IMG/VR virus record: IMGVR_UViG_3300032248_000171
Location: 38,130 to 102,129 of that record
DNA: 64,000 bases
DNA from: a virus
Lineage: Duplodnaviria; Caudoviricetes
Direction: 5' to 3' (one strand)
Each line of letters opens with the position of its first letter. The stretch's first letter is position 1. Positions 1-10,243 of the stretch are shown here, piece by piece. The translations under genes and the position numbers were made by a program. Below the pieces are notes generated by a model. The model saw only the letters and a program-made list of their open reading frames with translations. It was not told the DNA's origin and did not search any database.

Positions 1-2
1 CT

Positions 3-2129
3 GACATTGAAACAGCAGATCAAGAGATTCTGCTTATTTCTCTCCGTGATTCTTTTACAAACAGGATCACTGTCTGGGGATCAAAGAGTTTCAAGAATGA
101 AGACAGACAAGTTGATTACATCCATTGCGACAATGAGACGAAACTCCTTTCGTGCTTCCTCAAATGGTGGCAGGAGAATACTCCAGACGTAGTAACTGGT
201 TGGAATGTTCAGCTCTTCGATATTCCATACATCTGTAATCGAATGAATCGTGTGCTTGGTGAAGAGCATACTAAACTGCTCTCGCCTTGGAAACTTGTTT
301 CTAGTCGTGAAATTTATATCAAGGGTCGCAAACAGATTGCGTATGACATCACTGGTGTTGCGTGTTTAGATTACCTCGAACTTTATAAGAAGTTTACATA
401 CACAAACCAAGAATCATACCGTCTCGATCATATCGCGTCGGTAGAACTTGATGCCAAGAAACTTGACCACTCTGAGTTTGATACCTTCAAAGAATTCTAC
501 ACTAAGGATTGGGATAAGTTTGTCAAGTATAACATCATTGACGTTCGCCTTGTTGACCAATTGGAAGACAAGATGAAGTTGATTGAACTTGCTTTGACAA
601 TGGCATATGACGCTAAGGTAAACTATGAGGATGTTTATTCTCAGGTTCGTATGTGGGATAACATCATCTACATCTATCTGGATAAGATGAATGTGGTGAT
701 TCCTCCTAAGAAAGATAGCGTCAAGAATGACAAGTATGCTGGTGCGTATGTGAAAGAACCTGTGCCTGGTATGTATGACTGGGTGGTGAGCTTTGACTTG
801 AACTCACTGTATCCTCACTTGATCATGCAATACAACCTGTCGCCAGAGACCCTCCTAGACCGCCGTAGCAGCGTCAACGTTGACATGCTGCTGGATAAGG
901 CATTCGACACTAGCGACCTTGTGGGGGAGACCCTGTGCGCCAATGGGACGCACTACACCACCAAGCAGCAGGGGTTCCTGCCCAAACTGATGGAGAAGAT
1001 TTACCAAGACCGAACCATCTACAAAAAGAAGATGCTTGCTGCCAAACAGCAGTATGAGAAAACTCCAACAATTGAGTTGAAGAAAGAGATTTCTCGTTGC
1101 AATAACATTCAGATGGCACGTAAGATTCAACTCAACTCTGCTTATGGTGCTATTGGTAACGAGCACTTTCGTTATTACAAACTTGAAATCGCTGAGGCAA
1201 TCACTCTTTCTGGTCAGCTTTCTATTCGTTGGATTCAGAATAAGATGAATGCTTATCTCAATAAGATTCTAAAAACAAAAGGTGCTGATTATGTTATTGC
1301 TTGTGATACCGATTCCATGTATCTTAATCTGGGCCCTCTGGTTGAGACTGTATACAAGGGAAGAGAGAAAACTGCTGAGAGCATTGTCACGTTCCTTGAT
1401 AAGGTCTGTGCAATGGAACTTGAAAAGTTTATTGAAAGTTCTTACCAAGAACTGGCGGACTACCTCAACGCCTACGCGCAGATGATGAAGATGAAGCGGG
1501 AGAATATTGCTGAGCGTGGTTTTTGGACCGCCAAGAAACGCTATGTTCTCAACGTGTGGGATAGTGAAGGTGTGCGTTATGCTAAACCAAAGATGAAAAT
1601 CTGTGGTATGGAGACGGCACGTTCTTCCACGCCAGCTTACTACCGTGATAAACTGGAGCAAGCATATCGTATCATCGTTACTAAAACTAATGAGGATGTG
1701 CTTGAGTTTATCAATGAAATCAAGGAAGATACTAAGAAACAGAACTACCTTGATATTGCATTCCCTCGTGGTTGCAATGGTCTGAAGAAGTATCGAAGCA
1801 GTGCTGACATCTATGCTAAGGGTTGTCCCATTCAAGTACGTGGTGCGTTGCTGTATAATTACTATGTAAAAAAGAATAACTTAGAACACAAATATCCTTT
1901 GATACAGGAGGGGGAGAAGATTAAGTTTATGTATCTTAAGACTCCCAACACTATTGGCGAAAATGTAATCGCTTTCTTTCAACAACTTCCTAAGGAACTT
2001 AACCTTGAGAAGTATGTTGACTACACCACTCAGTTTGAAAAGTCATTCTTCGAACCATTGAAAAATGTGCTAGAATGTATTGACTGGCAATACGAACGTC
2101 GTGGTTCACTTACAAGTTTTTTTAGTTGA
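3..2129 (+). CDS. gp43: Family B DNA polymerase (T4 gp43), 5'-truncated by the window edge
   Basis: Frame is open from position 3 (DIETADQ...TGWNVQLFDIPYI). Motifs SFDLNSLYP, KIQLNSAYG and ACDTDS are present. Confidence 0.97.
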   Translation, partial: DIETADQEILLISLRDSFTNRITVWGSKSFKNEDRQVDYIHCDNETKLLSCFLKWWQENTPDVVTGWNVQLFDIPYICNRMNRVLGEEHTKLLSPWKLVSSREIYIKGRKQIAYDITGVACLDYLELYKKFTYTNQESYRLDHIASVELDAKKLDHSEFDTFKEFYTKDWDKFVKYNIIDVRLVDQLEDKMKLIELALTMAYDAKVNYEDVYSQVRMWDNIIYIYLDKMNVVIPPKKDSVKNDKYAGAYVKEPVPGMYDWVVSFDLNSLYPHLIMQYNLSPETLLDRRSSVNVDMLLDKAFDTSDLVGETLCANGTHYTTKQQGFLPKLMEKIYQDRTIYKKKMLAAKQQYEKTPTIELKKEISRCNNIQMARKIQLNSAYGAIGNEHFRYYKLEIAEAITLSGQLSIRWIQNKMNAYLNKILKTKGADYVIACDTDSMYLNLGPLVETVYKGREKTAESIVTFLDKVCAMELEKFIESSYQELADYLNAYAQMMKMKRENIAERGFWTAKKRYVLNVWDSEGVRYAKPKMKICGMETARSSTPAYYRDKLEQAYRIIVTKTNEDVLEFINEIKEDTKKQNYLDIAFPRGCNGLKKYRSSADIYAKGCPIQVRGALLYNYYVKKNNLEHKYPLIQEGEKIKFMYLKTPNTIGENVIAFFQQLPKELNLEKYVDYTTQFEKSFFEPLKNVLECIDWQYERRGSLTSFFS

Positions 2130-2135
2130 GGTATT

Positions 2136-3143
2136 ATGAGTTTTTTACAATCTGTTATTAAGGAGTTAGATAATGAATACGCAAATGTTGTGGATGATTC
2201 CATTGTATGTAAATCGTTTGTTGATACTGGGTCTTACATACTCAATGCCCTTATTTCTGGTAGCATCTTTGGTGGTCTCCCCTCCAACAAAATCACCGCG
2301 CTTGCTGGGGAAAGTAGCACTGGTAAAACATTTTTCGCTCTTTCAATAGTCAAGCACTTCCTTGACAACAACCCAGAATCACAAGTAATCTATTTTGAAT
2401 CTGAATCAGCTATCGAAAAGGATATGCTTGCTGAGCGTGGTATTGATATCAAGCGTGTGGGTCTGGTTCCTGTCACTACCGTTCAAGAGTTTCGCACTCA
2501 AAGTATCAAGGTAGTTGACGAGTATATGAAACTTAAGAAAGAGGCTAGACCACCGCTGCTTTTTGTGTTAGACTCCTTAGGGATGCTCTCTACTACCAAA
2601 GAGGTTGAGGATGCTACTGCTGGAAAGGAAACCAGAGACATGACTCGTGCTCAGGTTATCAAATCTATCTTTAGGATTCTGTCACTGAAACTTGGTCAAG
2701 CAGAGATTCCTATGATTGTTACTAACCATACATACGATGTGGTTGGCGCTTATGTGCCTACCAAAGAAATGGGTGGTGGTAGTGGTTTGAAGTATTCTGC
2801 TTCCAGTATTCTTTTCCTTTCTAAAAAGAAAGAGAAAGATGGCACTGAGGTGGTTGGTAACATCATTAAAGTGAAGGCACAAAAGTCTCGCTTTACCAAA
2901 GAAAATTCTGACATTGAAACGAGGTTGTATTATGACGCCAGAGGTCTTGACAAGTATTACGGATTACTGGAGTTGGGTGAGAAATACGGAGTCTTCGAGC
3001 GTGTGGGTAACCGTATTAAACTTGATGGTGGTAGTGTTTATCCTTCGGTCATTTATAAGGATCCAGATAAATACTTCACCCCAGAAATCCTCCAAGCCCT
3101 AGATGAATGTGCTAAGAAAGAATTTTTGTATGGCAGTGAGTAA
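2136..3143 (+). CDS. uvsX: RecA-like recombinase UvsX
   Basis: Walker [16 protein letters not shown] and MGGGSGLKY; follows gp43. Confidence 0.96.
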   Translation: MSFLQSVIKELDNEYANVVDDSIVCKSFVDTGSYILNALISGSIFGGLPSNKITALAGESSTGKTFFALSIVKHFLDNNPESQVIYFESESAIEKDMLAERGIDIKRVGLVPVTTVQEFRTQSIKVVDEYMKLKKEARPPLLFVLDSLGMLSTTKEVEDATAGKETRDMTRAQVIKSIFRILSLKLGQAEIPMIVTNHTYDVVGAYVPTKEMGGGSGLKYSASSILFLSKKKEKDGTEVVGNIIKVKAQKSRFTKENSDIETRLYYDARGLDKYYGLLELGEKYGVFERVGNRIKLDGGSVYPSVIYKDPDKYFTPEILQALDECAKKEFLYGSE

Positions 3144-4528
3144 TGAGTGAAAGAATCGAGACAACTATATTGCGTAACCTTCTCTGTAATGAACCCTATT
3201 ACAGAAAGGTTGTGCCTTTTGTGAAACCAGATTACTTCAATGAAACCCATGAAAAGGTTATCTATGAAGAAGTGTGGAACTTTGCTAGCAACTATGAGAT
3301 GTTGCCAACAGCAGAAGTATTGATTATCAATCTTGAAAGTAGGAAAGATTTAAATGAGGAAGTATATCAAAACGCAGTTAAGACGATTCAAGGTCTTACT
3401 ACTGCCCCAGTCGAACACAACTGGTTGCTCGACACCACAGAGAAGTGGTGTAAAGACAGAGCAATCTATCTCGCCCTCCTTGAGTCAATCAAGATTGCGG
3501 ATGGAGGCAATCAAAAAGTATCACCAGATGCGATCCCCGCTATACTTCAAGAGGCCCTGGCAGTATCGTTCGACGAACATGTAGGTCACGATTACCTAGA
3601 GAATGGTGCTGAGCGTTATGCTTTCTACCATTTGACTGAGGAAAAAATCCCATTCCACCTAGAATACTTCAATAAGATTACGAAGGGTGGTCTACCCAAC
3701 AAGACATTGAATGTAGCACTTGCTGGCACAGGTGTTGGTAAGTCACTCTTCATGTGTGACTATGCTGCTAACTGCCTATCACTTGGTCGTAATGTTCTCT
3801 ACATTACTATGGAGATGGCAGAGGAAAAGATTGCTGAGCGTATTGATGCTAACTTGTTTAACGTCAATATCAAAGACCTTGTAGATTTACCAGAATCAAT
3901 CTTTAATAATCGTATTAACGAACTGAAGAGAAAAACACAAGGTCGTCTTATCATCAAAGAATATCCAACAGCTGCTGCTCACGTTGGTCATTTCAAAGGT
4001 CTTCTCAATGAACTATCATTGAAGAAGGTATTTAAACCCGACATTATCTTTGTCGATTATCTAAACATCTGTGCTTCATCAAGATATAAAGGAGCAATTG
4101 TAAACTCTTATACCTATGTCAAGGCAATCGCAGAAGAACTTAGAGGATTGGCAGTCGAACACAACGTTCCAATTGTCACTGCTACACAGACTACTAGGAG
4201 TGGTTATGGTAATAGTGATGTCGATCTCACTGATACCAGTGAGTCTTTTGGGTTGCCAGCTACTGCTGACTTTATGTTTGCTCTCATCGCTACAGAGGAT
4301 CTGGAGAAAGATGGCAAGATAATGGTGAAGCAGTTGAAGAACAGATACAATGACCCCACCATGTATAAGAGATTCTTAGTTGGGGTTGACAGAGCACGAA
4401 TGAAGCTCTATAATGTTGATAATGCTGTTGACTTATCCTCTGATAAAGAAGAGGAATATGACTTCGAAGAGATGGCAGCGAAACAAAGCAAAGATACTAA
4501 AAGCAAATTTACCAGTTTTATTTTATGA
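3143..4528 (+). CDS. gp41: DnaB-like replicative helicase gp41
   Basis: AGTGVGKS, FVDYLN, ATQTTR, SESFGLP and KQLKNRY motifs. Confidence 0.96.
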   Translation: MSERIETTILRNLLCNEPYYRKVVPFVKPDYFNETHEKVIYEEVWNFASNYEMLPTAEVLIINLESRKDLNEEVYQNAVKTIQGLTTAPVEHNWLLDTTEKWCKDRAIYLALLESIKIADGGNQKVSPDAIPAILQEALAVSFDEHVGHDYLENGAERYAFYHLTEEKIPFHLEYFNKITKGGLPNKTLNVALAGTGVGKSLFMCDYAANCLSLGRNVLYITMEMAEEKIAERIDANLFNVNIKDLVDLPESIFNNRINELKRKTQGRLIIKEYPTAAAHVGHFKGLLNELSLKKVFKPDIIFVDYLNICASSRYKGAIVNSYTYVKAIAEELRGLAVEHNVPIVTATQTTRSGYGNSDVDLTDTSESFGLPATADFMFALIATEDLEKDGKIMVKQLKNRYNDPTMYKRFLVGVDRARMKLYNVDNAVDLSSDKEEEYDFEEMAAKQSKDTKSKFTSFIL

Positions 4529-4935
4529 GTAAGCAAGTTGACCTAGTTAAGTATACTCAGTTTGTTGATGGCACTACGAGTTATCCTTCTAAATCTAATG
4601 AAGAATTCATTGCTCGTATCCGACAACTTGCTGAGGGTGATGTTCCCATCGCTCGTTTGATGACTGCTGCTGTAGGTCTCTCGGCTGAAGCAGGTGAGTT
4701 CACTGAGATTATTAAGAAGATTGCCTTTCAAGGTAAGGAACTGACTGAAGATAACCGTACCCATCTTATCAAAGAACTTGGTGATGTGTATTGGTATTTC
4801 ACTCAAGCAATGCTTGGGTTGGATGTTGACCTGAATGAAGTAGTGCTGACCAATGTTATGAAACTCACTGCTCGATACCCAGAGGGTGCCTTCGATGTGT
4901 TCCGATCCGAGAACCGCGTAGAAGGCGACATCTGA
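4525..4935 (+). CDS. mazG: MazG-like NTP pyrophosphohydrolase
   Basis: AEAGEFTEIIKK and KELGDVYWY motifs; usual position after gp41 in cyanophages. Confidence 0.92.
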   Translation: MSKQVDLVKYTQFVDGTTSYPSKSNEEFIARIRQLAEGDVPIARLMTAAVGLSAEAGEFTEIIKKIAFQGKELTEDNRTHLIKELGDVYWYFTQAMLGLDVDLNEVVLTNVMKLTARYPEGAFDVFRSENRVEGDI

Positions 4936-4992
4936 CCCGAACCTGTGCTATGATGGGGGTGACCTAAATAAAGGAGACCCCCTTCTGGCACA

Positions 4993-6201
4993 ATGAGTAA
5001 GAACACTCACCTAGAGCACCTAGAAGACAGCATCTTGTTCGACGGAGAACAAGGGGCCAAAGATGCGTTTGCCTTCCTAGACTCTCTCACTAAAACTTTT
5101 AGTGGCACTCAAAACAGTAATTTTAAAATTACCACCAAATGGGATGGAGCACCTGCTATCATTTGTGGTATTGATCCAGAATTTAAAAAATTCTTTGTGG
5201 GCACAAAATCAGTGTTTAACAAAGATGGTAAAATAAACTATACCGAAGATGATATCCAAGCAAATCATGGTCATGCTCCTGGTCTAGTTGAAAAATTAAA
5301 AGTAGCATTAGAATACTTCCCACAATTAAACATCAAGGGCATCGTTCAAGGTGACTTATTATTTACTGATGAAGGTAAGGATGCTAAGATTGATGGGGAA
5401 GATTATTTTACTTTCACTCCTAACACCATTACCTACGCTATTCCAAAAGGCACTCCTGCCTACGAGAAAGCTAAGAAGGCAAAGATTGGTGTGGTATTTC
5501 ACACTCGTTATGTGGGAACTAGCATTGCTTCTTCTCATGCTACCTTTGGTGTAGACATTTCTAAGTTCGTGGAAACTGATGACATCTTTGTTATCAGTGC
5601 TGAAGTAGATACTTTGGGTTCTAATTTTCTTTTAAATGCTAGAGAAAAAAGAACTTTGGATACTATGACTAGAGTTGGTCTAGCACAAGTGAAAGGGTGT
5701 AAAACTTTACTGAATGATATTTCTGTATTGATTGAAGCTAATGATTTGCTTACTGTTGGCCCTCGTCTCAAAACTTACTTCAACACCTATGTGCGGGAAG
5801 GTCGCAAAGTAAATAATGTTCCAGGATTCATCAACAACTTCAAAAAATATTTTGAGGGTGTTGTGATGAAGGAAGTTGACAAAGCAAAGATGGCAAAGAC
5901 TAAAGCAGCAAAACTTAAAAAACTTTATGATGGTCTGGAGTTGATTGACAACAACCTGGAGGCATTTAAAAAACTGGTAGTGCTATATAACACTATAAAC
6001 AATGCTAAACTTTTCTTTGTTAAGAAGTTGGAATCTGCTGATTCAACCCGCACCTTCCTTCGTACCGAGCATGGATTTAAAGTCACTGCGCCTGAGGGAT
6101 TTGTTGCTATCAAAGATGGCGCTGCCACTAAGCTAGTTGACCGTTTGGAGTTTAGTGTTGCTAACTTTACTATAGATAAAAACTGGGTTAAAGGAGACTA
6201 A
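4993..6201 (+). CDS. Conserved T4-like cyanophage protein with covalent nucleotidyltransferase (RNA/DNA ligase-like) motifs
   Basis: TTKWDGAP (motif I, KxDG), QGDLLF (motif III-like), PEGFVAI (motif IV) and TKLVDR (motif V-like), in ligase order. Confidence 0.6.
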   Translation: MSKNTHLEHLEDSILFDGEQGAKDAFAFLDSLTKTFSGTQNSNFKITTKWDGAPAIICGIDPEFKKFFVGTKSVFNKDGKINYTEDDIQANHGHAPGLVEKLKVALEYFPQLNIKGIVQGDLLFTDEGKDAKIDGEDYFTFTPNTITYAIPKGTPAYEKAKKAKIGVVFHTRYVGTSIASSHATFGVDISKFVETDDIFVISAEVDTLGSNFLLNAREKRTLDTMTRVGLAQVKGCKTLLNDISVLIEANDLLTVGPRLKTYFNTYVREGRKVNNVPGFINNFKKYFEGVVMKEVDKAKMAKTKAAKLKKLYDGLELIDNNLEAFKKLVVLYNTINNAKLFFVKKLESADSTRTFLRTEHGFKVTAPEGFVAIKDGAATKLVDRLEFSVANFTIDKNWVKGD

Positions 6202-6755
6202 TGAAACGAGTAGTCGTAACTTTTGGAAGATTTAATCCTCCAACCACAGGGCACGAAAAACTACTAGATGCTGTTAAGAAACAGGCAGGCACTGACGACT
6301 ATAAAATCTATACAGGTCACACTCAAGATAAGAAAGGAAAAAATCCTCTACCTTCTGATGTGAAGGTAGAGTTTATGAAAGAGATGTTTCCCTCTCACAA
6401 AAATCATATTATGTATGACAACAAGTTAAAAACTATTATTCACGTTCTTCAAAGTTTACAGGGTGAGTATGCTGATTTAACTTTAGTGGTTGGAAGTGAT
6501 AGAGTTAGCGAAATGGATTTACTTATTCAGAAGTATAATGGAAAAGATTATACTTTTAGAAAGTTAGAAACAGTTTCTGCTGGTGAGCGTGACCCAGATG
6601 CTGATGATGTATCTGGAATGTCAGCAAGTAAAATGCGAAAAGCTATTGCTGAAGATGATATGATTACCTTTATGTCTGGTCTTCCTGATGGATTCAAAAA
6701 AGATTCTAATAATGTAAAAAAATTGTATAAAATAGTTAAGGAGAATTTACCCTAA
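6201..6755 (+). CDS. HxGH nucleotidyltransferase (cytidylyltransferase-like)
   Basis: FGRFNPPTTGHEKL, VVGSDR and GMSASKMR. Confidence 0.88.
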   Translation: MKRVVVTFGRFNPPTTGHEKLLDAVKKQAGTDDYKIYTGHTQDKKGKNPLPSDVKVEFMKEMFPSHKNHIMYDNKLKTIIHVLQSLQGEYADLTLVVGSDRVSEMDLLIQKYNGKDYTFRKLETVSAGERDPDADDVSGMSASKMRKAIAEDDMITFMSGLPDGFKKDSNNVKKLYKIVKENLP

Positions 6756-8716
6756 TGGGATATAATTTTAGAGTAACTGACAAAGTAGAAGGTATTACTG
6801 CCTTACTTGAGTCTGATAAAACTGGCGGCGTTACGCCAACTATCTACGGAATGATATGGGATTATGCTATAGAAAAATTAAATATGGATGATATCGAGAT
6901 AGGAAATTATCTCGCTATTGATAAAACCAAAAGTGTATTTAAAGTGCATCCACAGGTTGTTATAAAAGTAGATCCTACTATTGAAGAAGGTAGTTCATCT
7001 GATAAAGCTAAAAGATTTATAGAAGCACTTAAAAATAAAATAGGTGTTGGAAATTATCCAGACGCACTTGATCGTATTGGCAGAGGAAAAGGTAATGTTG
7101 CTCTTGGTAGCATTTTTGATGTGGGTGCTGGGTCTGGCGGATCTGCAATTTCAACAACTGACCAAGAAAATTTACAAGTATTAGCTCTTGCGTGGTATCA
7201 AGCTTGTAATACTTTGGGAACTTCAACTAGTGCTGATGCTTTTAATGCTTTCGTACAGGTAGCAGCAGATTCTACGTGGAAAGATGCAAATGAATATAGA
7301 AGAGTTGGTAGTATGGTAGCTGGAAGTACTCGGTTTAAATTAAAATCTTCTACTGGATCATCTGGGTGGGTTACTCCTAAACTAGGAACTGCTAATCTTG
7401 TTGGCATTTCTAAAGTTTGTAAAATAGCACATAAAGATAAAGATTGGATAACCGCAGCGTGGAGAAATGCGGATAAATTACATAGCAGTCATTCACAAAT
7501 CAATTACAAATCATCTGATCTTTATATATTTTCTCATGTAGAAGCGACTGGATATAAATGGTTTAAAGAAAAGTATAATGAACTTAGGAAAAAACTAGTG
7601 CCAAATCCACTGGGAATAAATGTGATGATGGAGGGAAATAAATGGAATCCAGCTGATGCTTTAGCTGTAAACATTAATTCTTTTAGAAAAAAAGAAAATG
7701 TATCAAAAGCTACTACGATAATAAATGGAAACACAACAGATCATCTTGCGGCTCTTGCTGCCTACAATAATTTAATTCTCCAATGGTTTGAAGAAGGGAA
7801 TATTATTCCTATATCTTTAAAAAAATCAAGTAAATCTCCTAAGATTAAATTTATGAATTACAGTGGTGTGGGTGGAACAGACAAAATGCAAGATTCTGTC
7901 ATGGAAACAATGAGTGATATTTCCAAAGCGAAGACAGAAAAACAAAAACTTGATATCATGAATAAACTTGTAATCATTGATAAGGTAGAATATAATGTAA
8001 ACATTCTTAAAACTAAAGTATATTTTTCTTTAGATCTCAACAGGAATGGAACTCCAGATCCTTCAGAACAATTTTATTTTGATGCTAGACCATTTGGTGG
8101 TGACAAAGTAGAAGATATTAAAGTTCAACTATTGCCAGCTAAGGGAGCATCTGCTGCCTTGGGTAGAGCAGAATTTTCTGTGATGGAAGAGTTGATAAAA
8201 AGTTACAATTCTACTCATTTTAATTTTTTGAAAAAGAAGAGACAAGATGCAGTTAATTATATTTTAAAGAAAAGGGGAATGAAAGAATCCGAAATAAGAG
8301 GACCATTTCGTGCAACCCTAGAACAATTTAAAAAAATAGATTTATTTACTAGATTTGGAAAGGGTAGTAGTAATTTTTCGGATACTCTTATTGGAAAATT
8401 ATACAATAATCAGGTGGGGAAAGAGATACTGGCGGAATACATAGGGTCTATAAGTAATACTAAAGGATCGCATATAGACTCTTTGAGTGGTAAATTAGAT
8501 AATTCAAAACATTATAGAGTTAAGTTACAATCAAATGAATTTGCGAGTTTATTTGATATCTCGGATGTCTCTGAAATAATACGCAAAAAAATATTACTTA
8601 CTATCTTCTTTTATATTTCGTCTAGAGGTATATACGCATTTTTGGATGATAGTGATGTTGAAAAAATAAAAAATAGCGCAATAAGATCTTCTCCCTTCAT
8701 TATTCTAGGTGGATAA
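6755..8716 (+). CDS. AT-rich 653-aa protein, putative PD-(D/E)xK restriction-endonuclease-like nuclease
   Basis: KWNPADALAVN...IIPISLKK resembles a D...SxK active site. Markedly more AT-rich than its neighbours. Confidence 0.45.
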   Translation: MGYNFRVTDKVEGITALLESDKTGGVTPTIYGMIWDYAIEKLNMDDIEIGNYLAIDKTKSVFKVHPQVVIKVDPTIEEGSSSDKAKRFIEALKNKIGVGNYPDALDRIGRGKGNVALGSIFDVGAGSGGSAISTTDQENLQVLALAWYQACNTLGTSTSADAFNAFVQVAADSTWKDANEYRRVGSMVAGSTRFKLKSSTGSSGWVTPKLGTANLVGISKVCKIAHKDKDWITAAWRNADKLHSSHSQINYKSSDLYIFSHVEATGYKWFKEKYNELRKKLVPNPLGINVMMEGNKWNPADALAVNINSFRKKENVSKATTIINGNTTDHLAALAAYNNLILQWFEEGNIIPISLKKSSKSPKIKFMNYSGVGGTDKMQDSVMETMSDISKAKTEKQKLDIMNKLVIIDKVEYNVNILKTKVYFSLDLNRNGTPDPSEQFYFDARPFGGDKVEDIKVQLLPAKGASAALGRAEFSVMEELIKSYNSTHFNFLKKKRQDAVNYILKKRGMKESEIRGPFRATLEQFKKIDLFTRFGKGSSNFSDTLIGKLYNNQVGKEILAEYIGSISNTKGSHIDSLSGKLDNSKHYRVKLQSNEFASLFDISDVSEIIRKKILLTIFFYISSRGIYAFLDDSDVEKIKNSAIRSSPFIILGG

Positions 8717-8734
8717 ATATCAATAAAACAATAC

Positions 8735-9025
8735 ATGAAATCACTTAAAGATTTACTACAGCAATCGAAACAGAAAACCTATATGCTGGGGCAAGCATTT
8801 GCTGAAGGCACATGGGTTGAGAATACGAATGGAGAGGTGGGAAAGATTCATCGTCGTGGAGTTAACTATATTATTGCTGTAACTTCTGAGGGTAAGATGT
8901 TTCGTTCGTGGGTAAAGGATATCAAAGAACATTGTGGATGTGAAGCACCTAAGCAAACAACTGCTAAGGATAGTATCAAGAGTTTTATAAATAAGAATAA
9001 AAGAAAAAAGACCAATGACGATTGA
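8735..9025 (+). CDS. Small protein resembling the C-terminal domain of cyanophage cytidylyltransferases
   Basis: GEVGKIHRRGVNYIIAVTSEGKMFRSWVKDI; late-promoter-like GATAAATA just upstream. Confidence 0.6.
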   Translation: MKSLKDLLQQSKQKTYMLGQAFAEGTWVENTNGEVGKIHRRGVNYIIAVTSEGKMFRSWVKDIKEHCGCEAPKQTTAKDSIKSFINKNKRKKTNDD

Positions 9026-10010
9026 AGAGTTTTCTAAACAACTGATTGAAAAATCATTGCTCAACCTTGCTGAGAAGTCGGGAACATGTAATAGCACTGG
9101 TGCTGGAACATCCTGCCCTAGACATGGAGATGCTGATTGTAACTCCTCTAAGCAGAATCGTGCTGAAGGATTGATGCCAGAAGAATTAGTAGGAACTACT
9201 TATGAAATAGTCATGGAAGATGGCGAAACAATCATCATCGAAAAAGTTAAGATGGATGGCAAGGATGACAACGGATTCAAGTCATGCTGGAAGGGATATA
9301 GAAAAACAGGCACCAAAATGAAGGGCGGCAAAGAAGTTAATAACTGTGTGAAGTCGGAAGAGTGGGAAGGAAGCAAAGAAGATAAGGGTGAAGATAAGAA
9401 ACTTGCTAAGAAGAACAAAATGTCTCTCAAGGATTGGGAGAAATCAGATGCTGATAAGAAACATGACATGAAGAAAGAAGAGACGGAGAAGAAAGAATCA
9501 GAGAAAGACGAAGGTGGTAAGCATAAAGAATACAAACATGCTCCAGGCAAAGAAGAGAAGGGTGAGAAGAAGACTGAGAAGGAGATGAAGAAAGAAGCAA
9601 AGGATTATCTACCTGGAAATCAAGAGAAACTAGATGCTAATAAGAATGGTAAACTAGATGCTGATGATTTCAAAAAACTTCGTGCTAAGAAAGGAAAGAC
9701 AGTAAAAGAAATGTGGCAGGTTGCTGAGGGTAAGAAAGTAGAAATCGAAATCATGCCTCAGGTTGATACTCCTAATGATCCAGAGCCACCTAAGAGTCAG
9801 GAAGATTTAAAGAAGAAGACAAAGAAGAAGCAAGCAAACGAGCAAGTTGAACTAGAAGAAAAAAAACTTTCTGCTAAGGAAACTGCTAAGAAAGAAAAGT
9901 TTGTTAAGGGTATGAAGAAAAAGTATGGTTCTTTCAAATCAAAGTATGGTGAGAAAGCACAATCGGTGATGTATGGATCTGCCACCAACATGGCAAAGAA
10001 GGCAGCATAA
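9015..10010 (+). CDS. Lys/Glu-rich modular protein, probable internal virion protein
   Basis: Highly charged. Short modules CWKGYRKTGTKMKGGKEVNNCVK, LDANKNGKLDADDFKKLR and MYGSATNMAK. Confidence 0.55.
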   Translation: MTIEEFSKQLIEKSLLNLAEKSGTCNSTGAGTSCPRHGDADCNSSKQNRAEGLMPEELVGTTYEIVMEDGETIIIEKVKMDGKDDNGFKSCWKGYRKTGTKMKGGKEVNNCVKSEEWEGSKEDKGEDKKLAKKNKMSLKDWEKSDADKKHDMKKEETEKKESEKDEGGKHKEYKHAPGKEEKGEKKTEKEMKKEAKDYLPGNQEKLDANKNGKLDADDFKKLRAKKGKTVKEMWQVAEGKKVEIEIMPQVDTPNDPEPPKSQEDLKKKTKKKQANEQVELEEKKLSAKETAKKEKFVKGMKKKYGSFKSKYGEKAQSVMYGSATNMAKKAA

Positions 10011-10041
10011 ATAAAGCCGACCCATATAACCAGAGGTTACT

Positions 10042-10221
10042 ATGTCAGCTCTAATCGCATGGGCAATCGCTAACCAAGCACTTATCGCAACTGTTCTTTT
10101 CGCAGTTTCAGAAGCACTTGGAGCAAACCCAAAAGTCAAGGCAAACGGTCTTCTTTCACTCATCCTTTTACAAGTTCAAGGACAACTAAAAGCAAAGGGT
10201 GCTAAAGACGTTACCCCCTGA
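10042..10221 (+). CDS. Small membrane protein, 59 aa (not in ORF track)
   Basis: MSALIAWAIANQALIATVLFAVSEALGANPKVKANGLLSLILLQ...; GAGG ribosome-binding site; terminator follows. Confidence 0.7.
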   Translation: MSALIAWAIANQALIATVLFAVSEALGANPKVKANGLLSLILLQVQGQLKAKGAKDVTP

Positions 10222-10243
10222 TTTACAAATCTAAATACACACT

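Noticed and set aside
7-269. Short ORFs 7-192 and 81-269, and an apparent gp43 start at 243
   Set aside because: The gp43 frame is open from position 3, so these are shadow ORFs. There is no frameshift or split polymerase here.
840-1020. GC-richer patch inside gp43 as a possible intron or intein
   Set aside because: The reading frame and polymerase sequence run through without an insertion or splice motifs.
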